From: Candidatus Binatia bacterium
GTDB lineage: Bacteria > Desulfobacterota > Binatia > UBA9968 > JAJDTQ01
Direction: 5' to 3'
Assembly (NCBI GenBank): GCA_963666515.2
Contig: OY762897.2
Span: forward strand, 1,984,001 to 2,048,000
Length of the DNA stretch: 64,000 nt
A program made the position numbers and the translations under genes. The first letter of the stretch is position 1. Every line of letters starts with the position of its first letter. Positions 9,107 to 16,984 of the stretch are shown here, in pieces. Below the pieces are notes generated by a model that saw only the letters and a list, made by a program, of their open reading frames with translations, searched no databases and was not told where the DNA came from.

Positions 9107-9871
9107 GATTCCTCCTCCTTGGCCGCCTTGATGGCGCCGTAGCGCTTCATCGAAGGCATCCGCTGCCGCTTTGTCCGGCATCGAGAACAGATAGACAGCG
9201 ATCATCCGAATATAGTCCACCGTGCCAACGGAAACCAGCGACGCCGCCAGTTTGGCAGCGATCTCCAGCGCCGCGCCTGCGTGCCGGCCAAAGGCCGCCA
9301 TCATCAGCAACTGCACAATGCGGCCCATGGGCGCACCTTCGACATCGCCGGGGTCCAGTCCCGTCTGGTCCAGCAGCAAGTGCTCGAACCGGGGCACCCA
9401 GGGCCAATCCCGAACCGCCGCGGGGAACAGATTCGCAAACTCCGTCGAGTGCTGCCAGCCGCGGGCTCCCTGGTAGAACACCAGCGGGACGACCGGTCGC
9501 AACTCCGTACGCCGGGGATCATCGCGCAGGTCTGCATCCCAGATGCGGCAGCAGTACTTCAACAGCCGGAACCGCATCCACGCATCCGGTGTCGATTGAT
9601 GCTCGAACAGCAGGTAAAGCCACAACCGGTCCTTCCCCTTCCCGTGGCCCTCCGTCTCCTTCCCGTAGCCGGCCTCGAAAAGCAGGTCGGACTCGCTCTG
9701 GCGCAGGTCATCGTCCACGAAGGTTCCCTCCACCAGCCTCAGACTGTTCCAATCGACGTTCTCGCGCAACTCCTGCGGCACCGCCGTCTGGAGCAGGCTG
9801 GCGGCTTCTGCGGCGTCGGAGAAGACCGCGCGAAACAGCCGGTCATGGGGGTGTTCGATTTCATCTGCCAT
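8870..9871 (-). CDS. Rpn family recombination-promoting nuclease/putative transposase (YhgA-like)
   Basis: HPHDRLFR, SDLLF, YLLFEHQSTPD, PVVPLVFYQG and C-terminal EGKAEGKEEG repeats. Confidence 0.93.
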   Translation of the reverse strand: MADEIEHPHDRLFRAVFSDAAEAASLLQTAVPQELRENVDWNSLRLVEGTFVDDDLRQSESDLLFEAGYGKETEGHGKGKDRLWLYLLFEHQSTPDAWMRFRLLKYCCRIWDADLRDDPRRTELRPVVPLVFYQGARGWQHSTEFANLFPAAVRDWPWVPRFEHLLLDQTGLDPGDVEGAPMGRIVQLLMMAAFGRHAGAALEIAAKLAASLVSVGTVDYIRMIAVYLFSMPDKAAADAFDEALRRHQGGQGGGIMSYAQELLEEGWAKGRAEGKAEGKEEGLQRGKVEAVEGFLRIGVSWDVITSATGIDEPRFRALKERLAAAPNQPDESA

Positions 9872-10090
9872 GAATGACCCTCCCGGACATGGACTCCATG
9901 CTTGCCAGTCCTGTCTGTCCTATAGAGAGTCATCGGCACTTCGCGCCGGAACTTGAACCCCGTTCCTGGAAATTTGTCGGATTTGGGCATTCGCCCTTCG
10001 AGTTCGTTCCGCTTCGCGAAACCGAAGGGGCGTAGATAGAGAAACTTGCGAGATGCGGGTCAAAAGCAGCCGCGCAGGGCACTCAGGCTG

Positions 10091-10603
10091 CTACAGCGGC
10101 GGAATGAAGGCGCCGAAGATGACGCCGGCGAAGAGGTCCACGGCCAGGGTTTCCTCGAAGATGAAGTAGAAGAAGCCCAACGCCAGGGCGGTGATGAAGA
10201 CCGTTCCGGGCCAGCCGATGCGGCCCTGGTAGCGCGTGAAGAGGACCGCGAACAGCAGGGTCGATATGTAGAAGCCGGAGATGAAGACCAGCACTCCGAA
10301 CACGCTGAACCAGACGAACATCCGGACGATGAGCCCCAACTCCCCGGGCTTGGGCCCTTCCTCGACGGGGGCCTCGTCCTCGGTACCCGCGGCCGAGCTC
10401 AGGACGTCTTCCAAGCTTACCTCGAAGGCGCTCATGATGGCGGGGTAGCGCTCGCCGGCCAGGCACAGCGCCGCCAGCACCACCGTCGGGAACGCCAGCA
10501 CCAGCGGGACGAAGCCCGCCATGCCGCCGTACGAGAACGACCACCCGAAGAACAGCAGCGAGGCGGCCACCAGGATGATGCCGAGAAGCACGGACCCCTT
10601 CAT
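10091..10603 (-). CDS. tctB: Tripartite tricarboxylate transporter TctB family small membrane subunit
   Basis: Small multi-TM protein; ATGA overlap with tctA stop. Confidence 0.8.
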   Translation of the reverse strand: MKGSVLLGIILVAASLLFFGWSFSYGGMAGFVPLVLAFPTVVLAALCLAGERYPAIMSAFEVSLEDVLSSAAGTEDEAPVEEGPKPGELGLIVRMFVWFSVFGVLVFISGFYISTLLFAVLFTRYQGRIGWPGTVFITALALGFFYFIFEETLAVDLFAGVIFGAFIPPL

Positions 10604-12093
10604 GACGACGCCCTCGCTTTCCGGCTCGAGATCCACGGCAGGCACAGCATGAGGATGCTCAGCAGCATCAGCACGATGGTGACGGGCCGGGTGAAGAAGA
10701 TGGCGTAGCTGCCCGCTGAGATCTGCAGCGACTGCACGAAGGAAAGCTCGGCGCGGACTCCCAGCAGAAAACCGATGACCAGCGTGACCAGCGAGAAGCC
10801 GAAGCGGTTGAAGGCGAAGCCCAGGATGCCGGCGGCGATGGCGATGCCGATGTCCCAGACGTTCTCACGGGCGGCGTAGGCGCCGCCGACGGACAGCAGG
10901 AAGGCGGCCGGCACCACGAATCCCACGCGCAGGGTGGTGACCCGGGCCAGGATGTCGGCGCCGAAGGCGGCCATGAGGCTCGCCAGGAAGTTGGATATCA
11001 CGAAGCCGAAGATCAGCACGAACACGATGTCCATGTGCTCGCGCACGAAGAAGAAGCCGGGCTGCAACCCGTGCAGGATGAAGGCGCCCAGGAGCACGGC
11101 CATGCCGGCGCTGCCGGGGATGCCGAAGATGATGGTGGGCAGCAGCGCGCCGCCGTCCTTGGCGTCGTTGGATGCCTCGGAGGCGATGATGCCCTCCGCG
11201 GTGCCGGTGCCGAACTTCTCCGGGTTCTTCGAGAACTGCACGGTCATGGAGTAGGAGAGGAAGTTGGCCAGCACGCCGCCGATGCCGGGGATGATGCCGG
11301 CGAAGATGCCGATGGCCGAACTGCGCACCAGCGTCGTCTTGTGGTGGAAGACTTCCAGGAACCCCCTGAAGGCGCCGAACAGGCCCACCTTGAGGCGCTC
11401 GCCGCCCTCGGCGATGGTCTCGCCGCGCAGCACGTGGTTGACCAGCTCGGCGATGGCGAACAGCCCGATGAAGAACGGCACCAGCGGGATGCCGTCCCAC
11501 AGGTAGTTGTCGCTGCCGAAGTTGAAGCGCAGCACGCCGTGTACCGGGCTGAAGCCGATGAGGGAGAGCAGCACGCCGATGCCGGCGGAAACGAGTCCCT
11601 TGAGCATGTTGCCGCGGGCGGCGTAGGCCACCGTCAGGAGGCCGAACACCACCAGCATGAAGAACTCGGGCGGGCCGAAGGACAGCACGATGATCTTCAC
11701 GAACGGGATCAGGATCATCAGGAAGCACATGCCCACCACGGCGCCCAGGAAGGACGAAGCCGCGGCCAGCCCCACCGCCCGGCCCGCCTCGCCCCGGCGG
11801 GCCATGGGATGCCCGTCGAAGCAGGTGGCGGCGTTGGGCGCCTCGCCCGGAATGTTGAGCAGGATCGCGGGAACCGAGCCGCCCTCGGTGGCCGCCCCCA
11901 TCATGCCCGCCATGAGGAACATGGCGGTTTCGGCGTCCCACCCGAAGGTGAAGGTCATGCCGATGGTCAGGCCGGCCAGAAACAGCCCGGGGAGCGCCCC
12001 CAGGATGAGGCCGGAGACGGCGCCCACGGCCAGCACCAGGAGGTTCATGGGCTCGCTGAGCATGCCCATGGCCTGGAGAAAGGGTTCCCACAT
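10600..12093 (-). CDS. tctA: Tripartite tricarboxylate transporter permease TctA
   Basis: GGSVPAILLNIPG, DGHPMARRGEAGRA, GIIPGIG and EASNDA motifs. Confidence 0.93.
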   Translation of the reverse strand: MWEPFLQAMGMLSEPMNLLVLAVGAVSGLILGALPGLFLAGLTIGMTFTFGWDAETAMFLMAGMMGAATEGGSVPAILLNIPGEAPNAATCFDGHPMARRGEAGRAVGLAAASSFLGAVVGMCFLMILIPFVKIIVLSFGPPEFFMLVVFGLLTVAYAARGNMLKGLVSAGIGVLLSLIGFSPVHGVLRFNFGSDNYLWDGIPLVPFFIGLFAIAELVNHVLRGETIAEGGERLKVGLFGAFRGFLEVFHHKTTLVRSSAIGIFAGIIPGIGGVLANFLSYSMTVQFSKNPEKFGTGTAEGIIASEASNDAKDGGALLPTIIFGIPGSAGMAVLLGAFILHGLQPGFFFVREHMDIVFVLIFGFVISNFLASLMAAFGADILARVTTLRVGFVVPAAFLLSVGGAYAARENVWDIGIAIAAGILGFAFNRFGFSLVTLVIGFLLGVRAELSFVQSLQISAGSYAIFFTRPVTIVLMLLSILMLCLPWISSRKARASS

Positions 12094-12130
12094 GGATTCG
12101 GTCCTCGAACGCGGCCCTTGAAACCGGTCC

Positions 12131-13114
12131 TTACTTGGCCTTGGCGGCTTTCCGCATCTCGTCGAGATTCGCCTTGAACAGGTTCTCGTAGTACTTCAGG
12201 TCCTCGCTGACCGTGGATGCCGGACCCTCCACCAACTGGATGGACGACGAGTTCTTCCAGTCCACGTAGTCCTTGTCCCTCATGGCCTTGAGCAGCAGGT
12301 CCTCGAGAGTCTTGGCAATGTCCGCGGGGATTCCCGGCGGGCCGCCGAAGGCGCGCAGGTCGCTGAAGTAGATGTCATAGCCCATTTCGAAGGAGGTCTT
12401 CACGTCGGGGGCGTTGACGGCGCGCTTCCTGTCCAGTTGGGCGACCGGACGCAGGTCCGTGCCGAGATAGGAGGTCACCGACGGATGGTCGATGGGCTGG
12501 GCCCAGATGTCGAAGTCGCCGCGCAGGAGCGCCGGCAGCGACTCGCCGGTGCCACGATAGCCGGCCACCACGTGAAAGTCGATGCCGAATGCCTTGGCGG
12601 CCAGGAACGAGCCCAGCCACCGTCCCACGCCGATGCCCTCGACGCCCCAGGTGATCCGCTTGGCCTTCTGCAGGTCCTCGATGGTCTTGTAGGGGCCCTT
12701 GGCCGATACGTGAAGGCCGAAGGGGTCCGCGCCCACCCGGGCGAGCCAAGTGTACTTGCTGGTCTCGAAGCCGACCGGCGTTTCCGACAGCATCTGGTCC
12801 CCGAGCATCCCGGAAGCCTGGAAGTGGGCGATGGTGTAGCCGTCGGGCTTGGCGCGGTACATGAACACCGAGGCGCGGCGCCCGGCGGCGCCGGTGACGT
12901 TCTTGACGATGACGTTTACGCCCTTGGGCAGGAACTTCTTCATGCTCCGGGCGGTGGCGCGGGCGATGGCGTCGTAGCCGCCGCCGGGAGAGAACGGCAC
13001 GATGATGTTGATGTTGCGGTCGGGAAAGGCGGCCTGGGCTTGGGACAGCGGCAGGCTCGCGGCGAGGCCGAGCACGGCCGCGCCCAGCAGGATTTTCGTC
13101 ATCGGATTGCGCAT
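12131..13114 (-). CDS. tctC: TTT substrate-binding protein TctC (Bug family)
   Basis: Signal peptide, FPDRNINIIVPFSPGGGYD, KPDGYT; GGGAGG RBS. Confidence 0.92.
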   Translation of the reverse strand: MRNPMTKILLGAAVLGLAASLPLSQAQAAFPDRNINIIVPFSPGGGYDAIARATARSMKKFLPKGVNVIVKNVTGAAGRRASVFMYRAKPDGYTIAHFQASGMLGDQMLSETPVGFETSKYTWLARVGADPFGLHVSAKGPYKTIEDLQKAKRITWGVEGIGVGRWLGSFLAAKAFGIDFHVVAGYRGTGESLPALLRGDFDIWAQPIDHPSVTSYLGTDLRPVAQLDRKRAVNAPDVKTSFEMGYDIYFSDLRAFGGPPGIPADIAKTLEDLLLKAMRDKDYVDWKNSSSIQLVEGPASTVSEDLKYYENLFKANLDEMRKAAKAK

Positions 13115-13360
13115 GGTGGTCCTCCCATGTTTTCGTCGAAACGGGTTTGAGGTCGGCGTCGGTCGCTGCAACGGGCTAAAGTAACGTCGCCGATGGCCGA
13201 TATGAGAAAGTAGGCGATTAAACAGAACCTTTTATGGGTGTCCCCCGGACTTGTCAAGGGTCGCAGGCAAATTGTCCGTCGAAAGTGGCCGGAAACAAAC
13301 GGGTTCGAGGGGCCTGGGACCTGGGAAGCGGGAGCCGGGCGAGATCCCTCGGAGTTTGGA

Positions 13361-13389
13361 TTGACTCGGCACGGCGCAAGCGATAAGGT
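13361..13389 (+). promoter_or_regulatory. Sigma70-type promoter of ssb
   Basis: TTGACT-17 nt-TAAGGT, 38 nt upstream of the ssb ATG. Confidence 0.55.
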
Positions 13390-13427
13390 CCACGCAAACG
13401 TGGTCGAAACCCATTCATGAGGTCGTC

Positions 13428-13853
13428 ATGTCAGTGAACATTGCAATCGTCGCAGGGAACCTTGGCAAGGATCCGGAAGTCCGTTTCACACAGAGCGGCC
13501 GCGCGGTAGCCAACTTCTCCATAGCCACCAACGAGTCCTGGGTCGGACAGGACGGCAACCGCCAGGAACGCACCGAGTGGCACAACATCGTGGTGTGGGG
13601 CAAGCAGGCCGAGACGTGCGGCCAGTACCTCGCCAAGGGACGGCAGGTGCTGGTCCACGGCAGGATCCAGACCCGCACCTACGAGGACAAGACCGGCAAC
13701 ACGCGCTACATTACCGAGATCGTCGCCCAACGAGTCCAGTTCCTGGGCGGCGCGGGCGGCGCCCGCGCATCGCAGGAGCCGCAGGACCAGGGCTTCGGCG
13801 ACCCCTCCCCGTCGTTCCAGTCACCGCCCATCGACGACGACATTCCCTTCTAA
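13428..13853 (+). CDS. ssb: Single-stranded DNA-binding protein
   Basis: GNLGKDPEVR, TEWHNIVVWG and C-terminal DDDIPF. Confidence 0.98.
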   Translation: MSVNIAIVAGNLGKDPEVRFTQSGRAVANFSIATNESWVGQDGNRQERTEWHNIVVWGKQAETCGQYLAKGRQVLVHGRIQTRTYEDKTGNTRYITEIVAQRVQFLGGAGGARASQEPQDQGFGDPSPSFQSPPIDDDIPF

Positions 13854-13867
13854 GGTCACGCCGACCC

Positions 13868-13892
13868 GTTGCCATTTCAAAGCTATGGCAAC
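13868..13892. terminator. Inverted repeat downstream of ssb (terminator- or operator-like)
   Basis: GTTGCCAT-N9-ATGGCAAC; no clear U-tract. Confidence 0.35.
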
Positions 13893-14045
13893 CGTGAAAA
13901 CGAACGTTCCTGAATATGCATTGTCGCGGCCCGCAACGGTCGAGGGACGGCCTTTATTCACCATTGGAACAAACAATCGGACACATTTTGATGTGTGGAC
14001 GAATAATGCGCATTTGCACGTTTTTTGCCCTATTGAAAAGCTGCA

Positions 14046-14903
14046 ATGCGCGAAAAGAAGACCCGGCTGCTTTCGAGCCGTTCAAAGAGCCAGATCAGGG
14101 ACTTCGTCGAGGATGAGAAATCCCTCGGGCGGGCGACCAAAAGCCAGATCGCGGCGGCCATCGGCATTCGCCCCAGCCATTTCTCCAACCTGCTGAACGG
14201 CCGCAACGAGTGGAAGCTCAACCAACTGGAGAAGCTGGCGGATTTTCTGGGCGTGTCGATCGCGCGACTGTTCGAGGAACGGGGCGCGGACGCCGCCGGC
14301 AGTGCCTCAGGAGAGAGCGGACCGACTCTGTCGAACGACAGGGTCATCCGCGCGGTGAAGACCGAGAGCCGGCACCTGCGCCGTGGACTGCGCTCGGACC
14401 TGGATGCGCTGCTGCGCGAGCGCCTCAACGACATGCGGGCGGCCGAACCCGACGACTCCGCGCCTGACAGGACGCCGGCTACCTACCTGGACACGCCCGT
14501 CAACCTCACCAGCGCGCTTCCCATCGAGATCCGCGACCTCGACGCCCGCTACGATGGAGCGCCGGCCGAGCCGACGACCGAAACCCTCTGGTTCGGACGC
14601 GATTGGTTGCGCCGCCAGGGGCTCGATTCCACCCAGTGCCTGATCATCCGGGTACAGGGCAAGTCCATGGAGAAGACGCTGCCGGACGGTTGTTCCGTGC
14701 TGGTGAACCGGGGCCAGCGGCAACGGCGGGCAGGTTGCCTCTACGCGTTGCGCACGGATGACGGGCTGGTGGTCAGGCGCGCCGGCAGGGACAGCGGCGG
14801 CGGTTGGCTGCTGGAGAGCGATCACCCCGGCCGGAAGCCGGTCGCATGGCCCGACGACGCCGAGGTCATCGGCCAGGTCCGGTGGATGGCGCGGACGTTC
14901 TGA
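14046..14903 (+). CDS. XRE HTH + peptidase S24 domain repressor (CI/LexA-like)
   Basis: HTH KSQIAAAIGIRPSHFSNLLNG; S24 motifs IRVQGKSME and VIGQVRW. Confidence 0.88.
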   Translation: MREKKTRLLSSRSKSQIRDFVEDEKSLGRATKSQIAAAIGIRPSHFSNLLNGRNEWKLNQLEKLADFLGVSIARLFEERGADAAGSASGESGPTLSNDRVIRAVKTESRHLRRGLRSDLDALLRERLNDMRAAEPDDSAPDRTPATYLDTPVNLTSALPIEIRDLDARYDGAPAEPTTETLWFGRDWLRRQGLDSTQCLIIRVQGKSMEKTLPDGCSVLVNRGQRQRRAGCLYALRTDDGLVVRRAGRDSGGGWLLESDHPGRKPVAWPDDAEVIGQVRWMARTF

Positions 14904-14924
14904 CCGCCGCCCGGAGAGCCTTTC

Positions 14925-15797
14925 CTATCCCCACCGGACGTTCACCAGGATCGCCCCGCCCACGGTCAGCACCGCGCCGGCCGGCACCCGCCAGGTGATC
15001 CCCTCGGCCCGCCGCAGCACCACCAGAGAGAGCAGCACCACGAACAGCGGCGAGGTCTGGATCACCGGCAGCATCCGGTAGACCTCGCCGAGTTGAAGGG
15101 CGCTGGCGTAAAGGAACTTGCCGAAGCCTTCGATGGCGCCGGCGACGATGAAGAATTGCCAGCTCGCCCGGACGTTCTCCCGGATCCGGTCCCTCCGCAC
15201 CGCCAGGGTATACGCCGCGACCACCACCAGGGCCGAGAAGATCGCCACCGCCGTCCCCGCCACCGTGTCCGGGAACGCCTGGATGCCGGTGCGCCAGCAC
15301 AGCGCGGCGACCGCGCCCGCCACCGCGGCGCCCAAAGGCCAGAGCATGTCCACCCGGCGCCAGCGGCCCTCCCTTGCCCCGGACGAGATCACCCCGATGC
15401 CGCCCACCACCAGCAGGATGCCGGCGAGGTTGTACCAAGCGGGCTCCTCGCCCAGGAACGCCATGGCCAGAAAGGCCGCGAAAATGGCCGAGCTTCCCTT
15501 GATGGGGGCGGCACGGGAGACGCCGATTTTCGATATCCCGATGAAGAACAGCACGAAGAAGAGGCCGGGGTTGCAGGCTCCTCCCGCGGCCATCCACAGG
15601 TAGTGAGCGCCGAAGGCCGGGAACTCGGCGCCGGTGGCGGGAATGATCACCAGGAACATCACCACCGAGGCGGTGAGCGCCATCATCGCACCCACCACCG
15701 GGTCGGCCCGGTGCAGGCCGAAGCGCGCGGTGACGTCGGCGAAGGCGTAGGCGAGGGAAGCGCCGAGGGCGAACAGCAGTGCCGCGTCGATGAGCAT
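14925..15797 (-). CDS. DMT/EamA family transporter
   Basis: Two EamA repeats (GVSRAAPI...FLGE; LGEVYRMLPV). Confidence 0.85.
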   Translation of the reverse strand: MLIDAALLFALGASLAYAFADVTARFGLHRADPVVGAMMALTASVVMFLVIIPATGAEFPAFGAHYLWMAAGGACNPGLFFVLFFIGISKIGVSRAAPIKGSSAIFAAFLAMAFLGEEPAWYNLAGILLVVGGIGVISSGAREGRWRRVDMLWPLGAAVAGAVAALCWRTGIQAFPDTVAGTAVAIFSALVVVAAYTLAVRRDRIRENVRASWQFFIVAGAIEGFGKFLYASALQLGEVYRMLPVIQTSPLFVVLLSLVVLRRAEGITWRVPAGAVLTVGGAILVNVRWG

Positions 15798-15877
15798 GGG
15801 CGTCCGCCATCCGTACCAGATTACCGCCGGGGAGTGAAAGACGGCCCGCTGTACCGCCTTGTCGTGAAGACGCGACC

Positions 15878-15927
15878 TTGACCCTTGCGCACGCCAGTTG
15901 TAATAAAAAGACGCAGGAGCCTGCGTC
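15878..15927 (+). promoter_or_regulatory. Putative sigma70 promoter with adjacent perfect palindrome (operator candidate)
   Basis: TTGACC-17 nt-TAATAA (15878-15906), then GACGCAGG-AG-CCTGCGTC (15910-15927). Confidence 0.45.
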
Positions 15928-15942
15928 GCAGGAAAACACGTT

Positions 15943-15971
15943 GTAGGGGCGGGTTTCAAACCCGCCTGCAC
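15943..15971 (+). repeat. GTAG-tagged REP-like palindrome
   Basis: GTAG-GGGCGGGTTT-C-AAACCCGCC-TGCAC. Confidence 0.75.
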
Positions 15972-16032
15972 CGCTGTCGGTCGGTTCAGCGCCGTCAGGC
16001 TCATATTCCGGGCCGAAAAGGAGAGCGAAGAC

Positions 16033-16944
16033 ATGGCTGATCTGGTCAAGATAAACGTGGAAAGCGCCGAGGCCGTCCTGGGCCTTCACTGGTTCGTGGC
16101 AAAGGAAGAAGGCCTTTTTGAGGAAGAGGGCATGGAGGTCGAGATCTTCCTGCCCGGCGTGCGCGCAACCAAGTTCGCGGACGACGACCCGCGCCGCACC
16201 GACCACACCCTGGTGAAGTCCACCAACTACCAGTTCCTGTACGAGCAGAAGAAGGTGGACATCATGCGGGCCTGTTCATGGGGACAGGTGCGGCGGGCCT
16301 ACGACAGCGAGCGCGGCGCCCCCATCTGGACCAAGCGCCCGGCGGTGGTGTGCCAGGGCATCTACGTCCTGCCCGACTCGCCGGTGAATGCGCCCATGCA
16401 GCTCGCCAACAAGAGCGTCGGCGTCCAGTACCACCAGGGCTCCCACTACCACACGCTGTCCCTGCTGGAGGGCTTCGTCGCCCGCGAAGAGATGAACGTG
16501 GTGCACGCCGGCACCGTGCACGAACGGTTCATGGCGCTGGAGAACGGCGAGGTGGACGCAGCCACGCTCATGGAACCGTGGATCTCGCTGGCCCAGAAGC
16601 GCGGCTACAAGATGATCACCGAGGGCCACTACCTCGGCGTCGAGAACGGACCCGCCGACATGGACCCCGATCTGCTCAAGCGCATGCTGCGGGCCATCAA
16701 GAAATCCGTCACCTACATCAACAAGAACCCCAGGAAGTACATCAAGCACATGCTGGCCGAGATCCCGGAGCATTACGCCAACGAGCTTACCGAGGACGAC
16801 TTCTACCTGCCGCGGCTGCGCTACGTGGACCCGGAGCCCTACACCGAGGAGGAGTTCGAGCGCCAGTACAAGTGGATGCTCACCTGGAACCTGATCCCGG
16901 AGGACGCGGACTACACCGAGCTGGTGTGCAACGTGACCGTGTAG
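16033..16944 (+). CDS. ABC-type substrate-binding protein, NMT1/SsuA-like (orphan)
   Basis: VAKEEGLFEEEGMEVE and ALENGEVDAATLMEPW; no signal peptide or permease adjacent. Confidence 0.75.
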   Translation: MADLVKINVESAEAVLGLHWFVAKEEGLFEEEGMEVEIFLPGVRATKFADDDPRRTDHTLVKSTNYQFLYEQKKVDIMRACSWGQVRRAYDSERGAPIWTKRPAVVCQGIYVLPDSPVNAPMQLANKSVGVQYHQGSHYHTLSLLEGFVAREEMNVVHAGTVHERFMALENGEVDAATLMEPWISLAQKRGYKMITEGHYLGVENGPADMDPDLLKRMLRAIKKSVTYINKNPRKYIKHMLAEIPEHYANELTEDDFYLPRLRYVDPEPYTEEEFERQYKWMLTWNLIPEDADYTELVCNVTV

Positions 16945-16984
16945 GCGTACCGCTACAGGCGAGACGATGACGAAGGCCCGCGCT

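Noticed and set aside
8870-9990. Rpn gene as an IS element
   Set aside because: No terminal inverted repeats or target duplication identified
1040-10090. selC-integrated genomic island containing the A/B cassette
   Set aside because: No integrase and no duplicated tRNA 3' end seen; short TCTCCGCCA matches near 22982 and 55222 lie inside ordinary genes
13428-14903. Prophage (ssb + CI-like repressor)
   Set aside because: ssb looks chromosomal (DDDIPF tail, own promoter); no integrase, cro, replication or structural genes nearby
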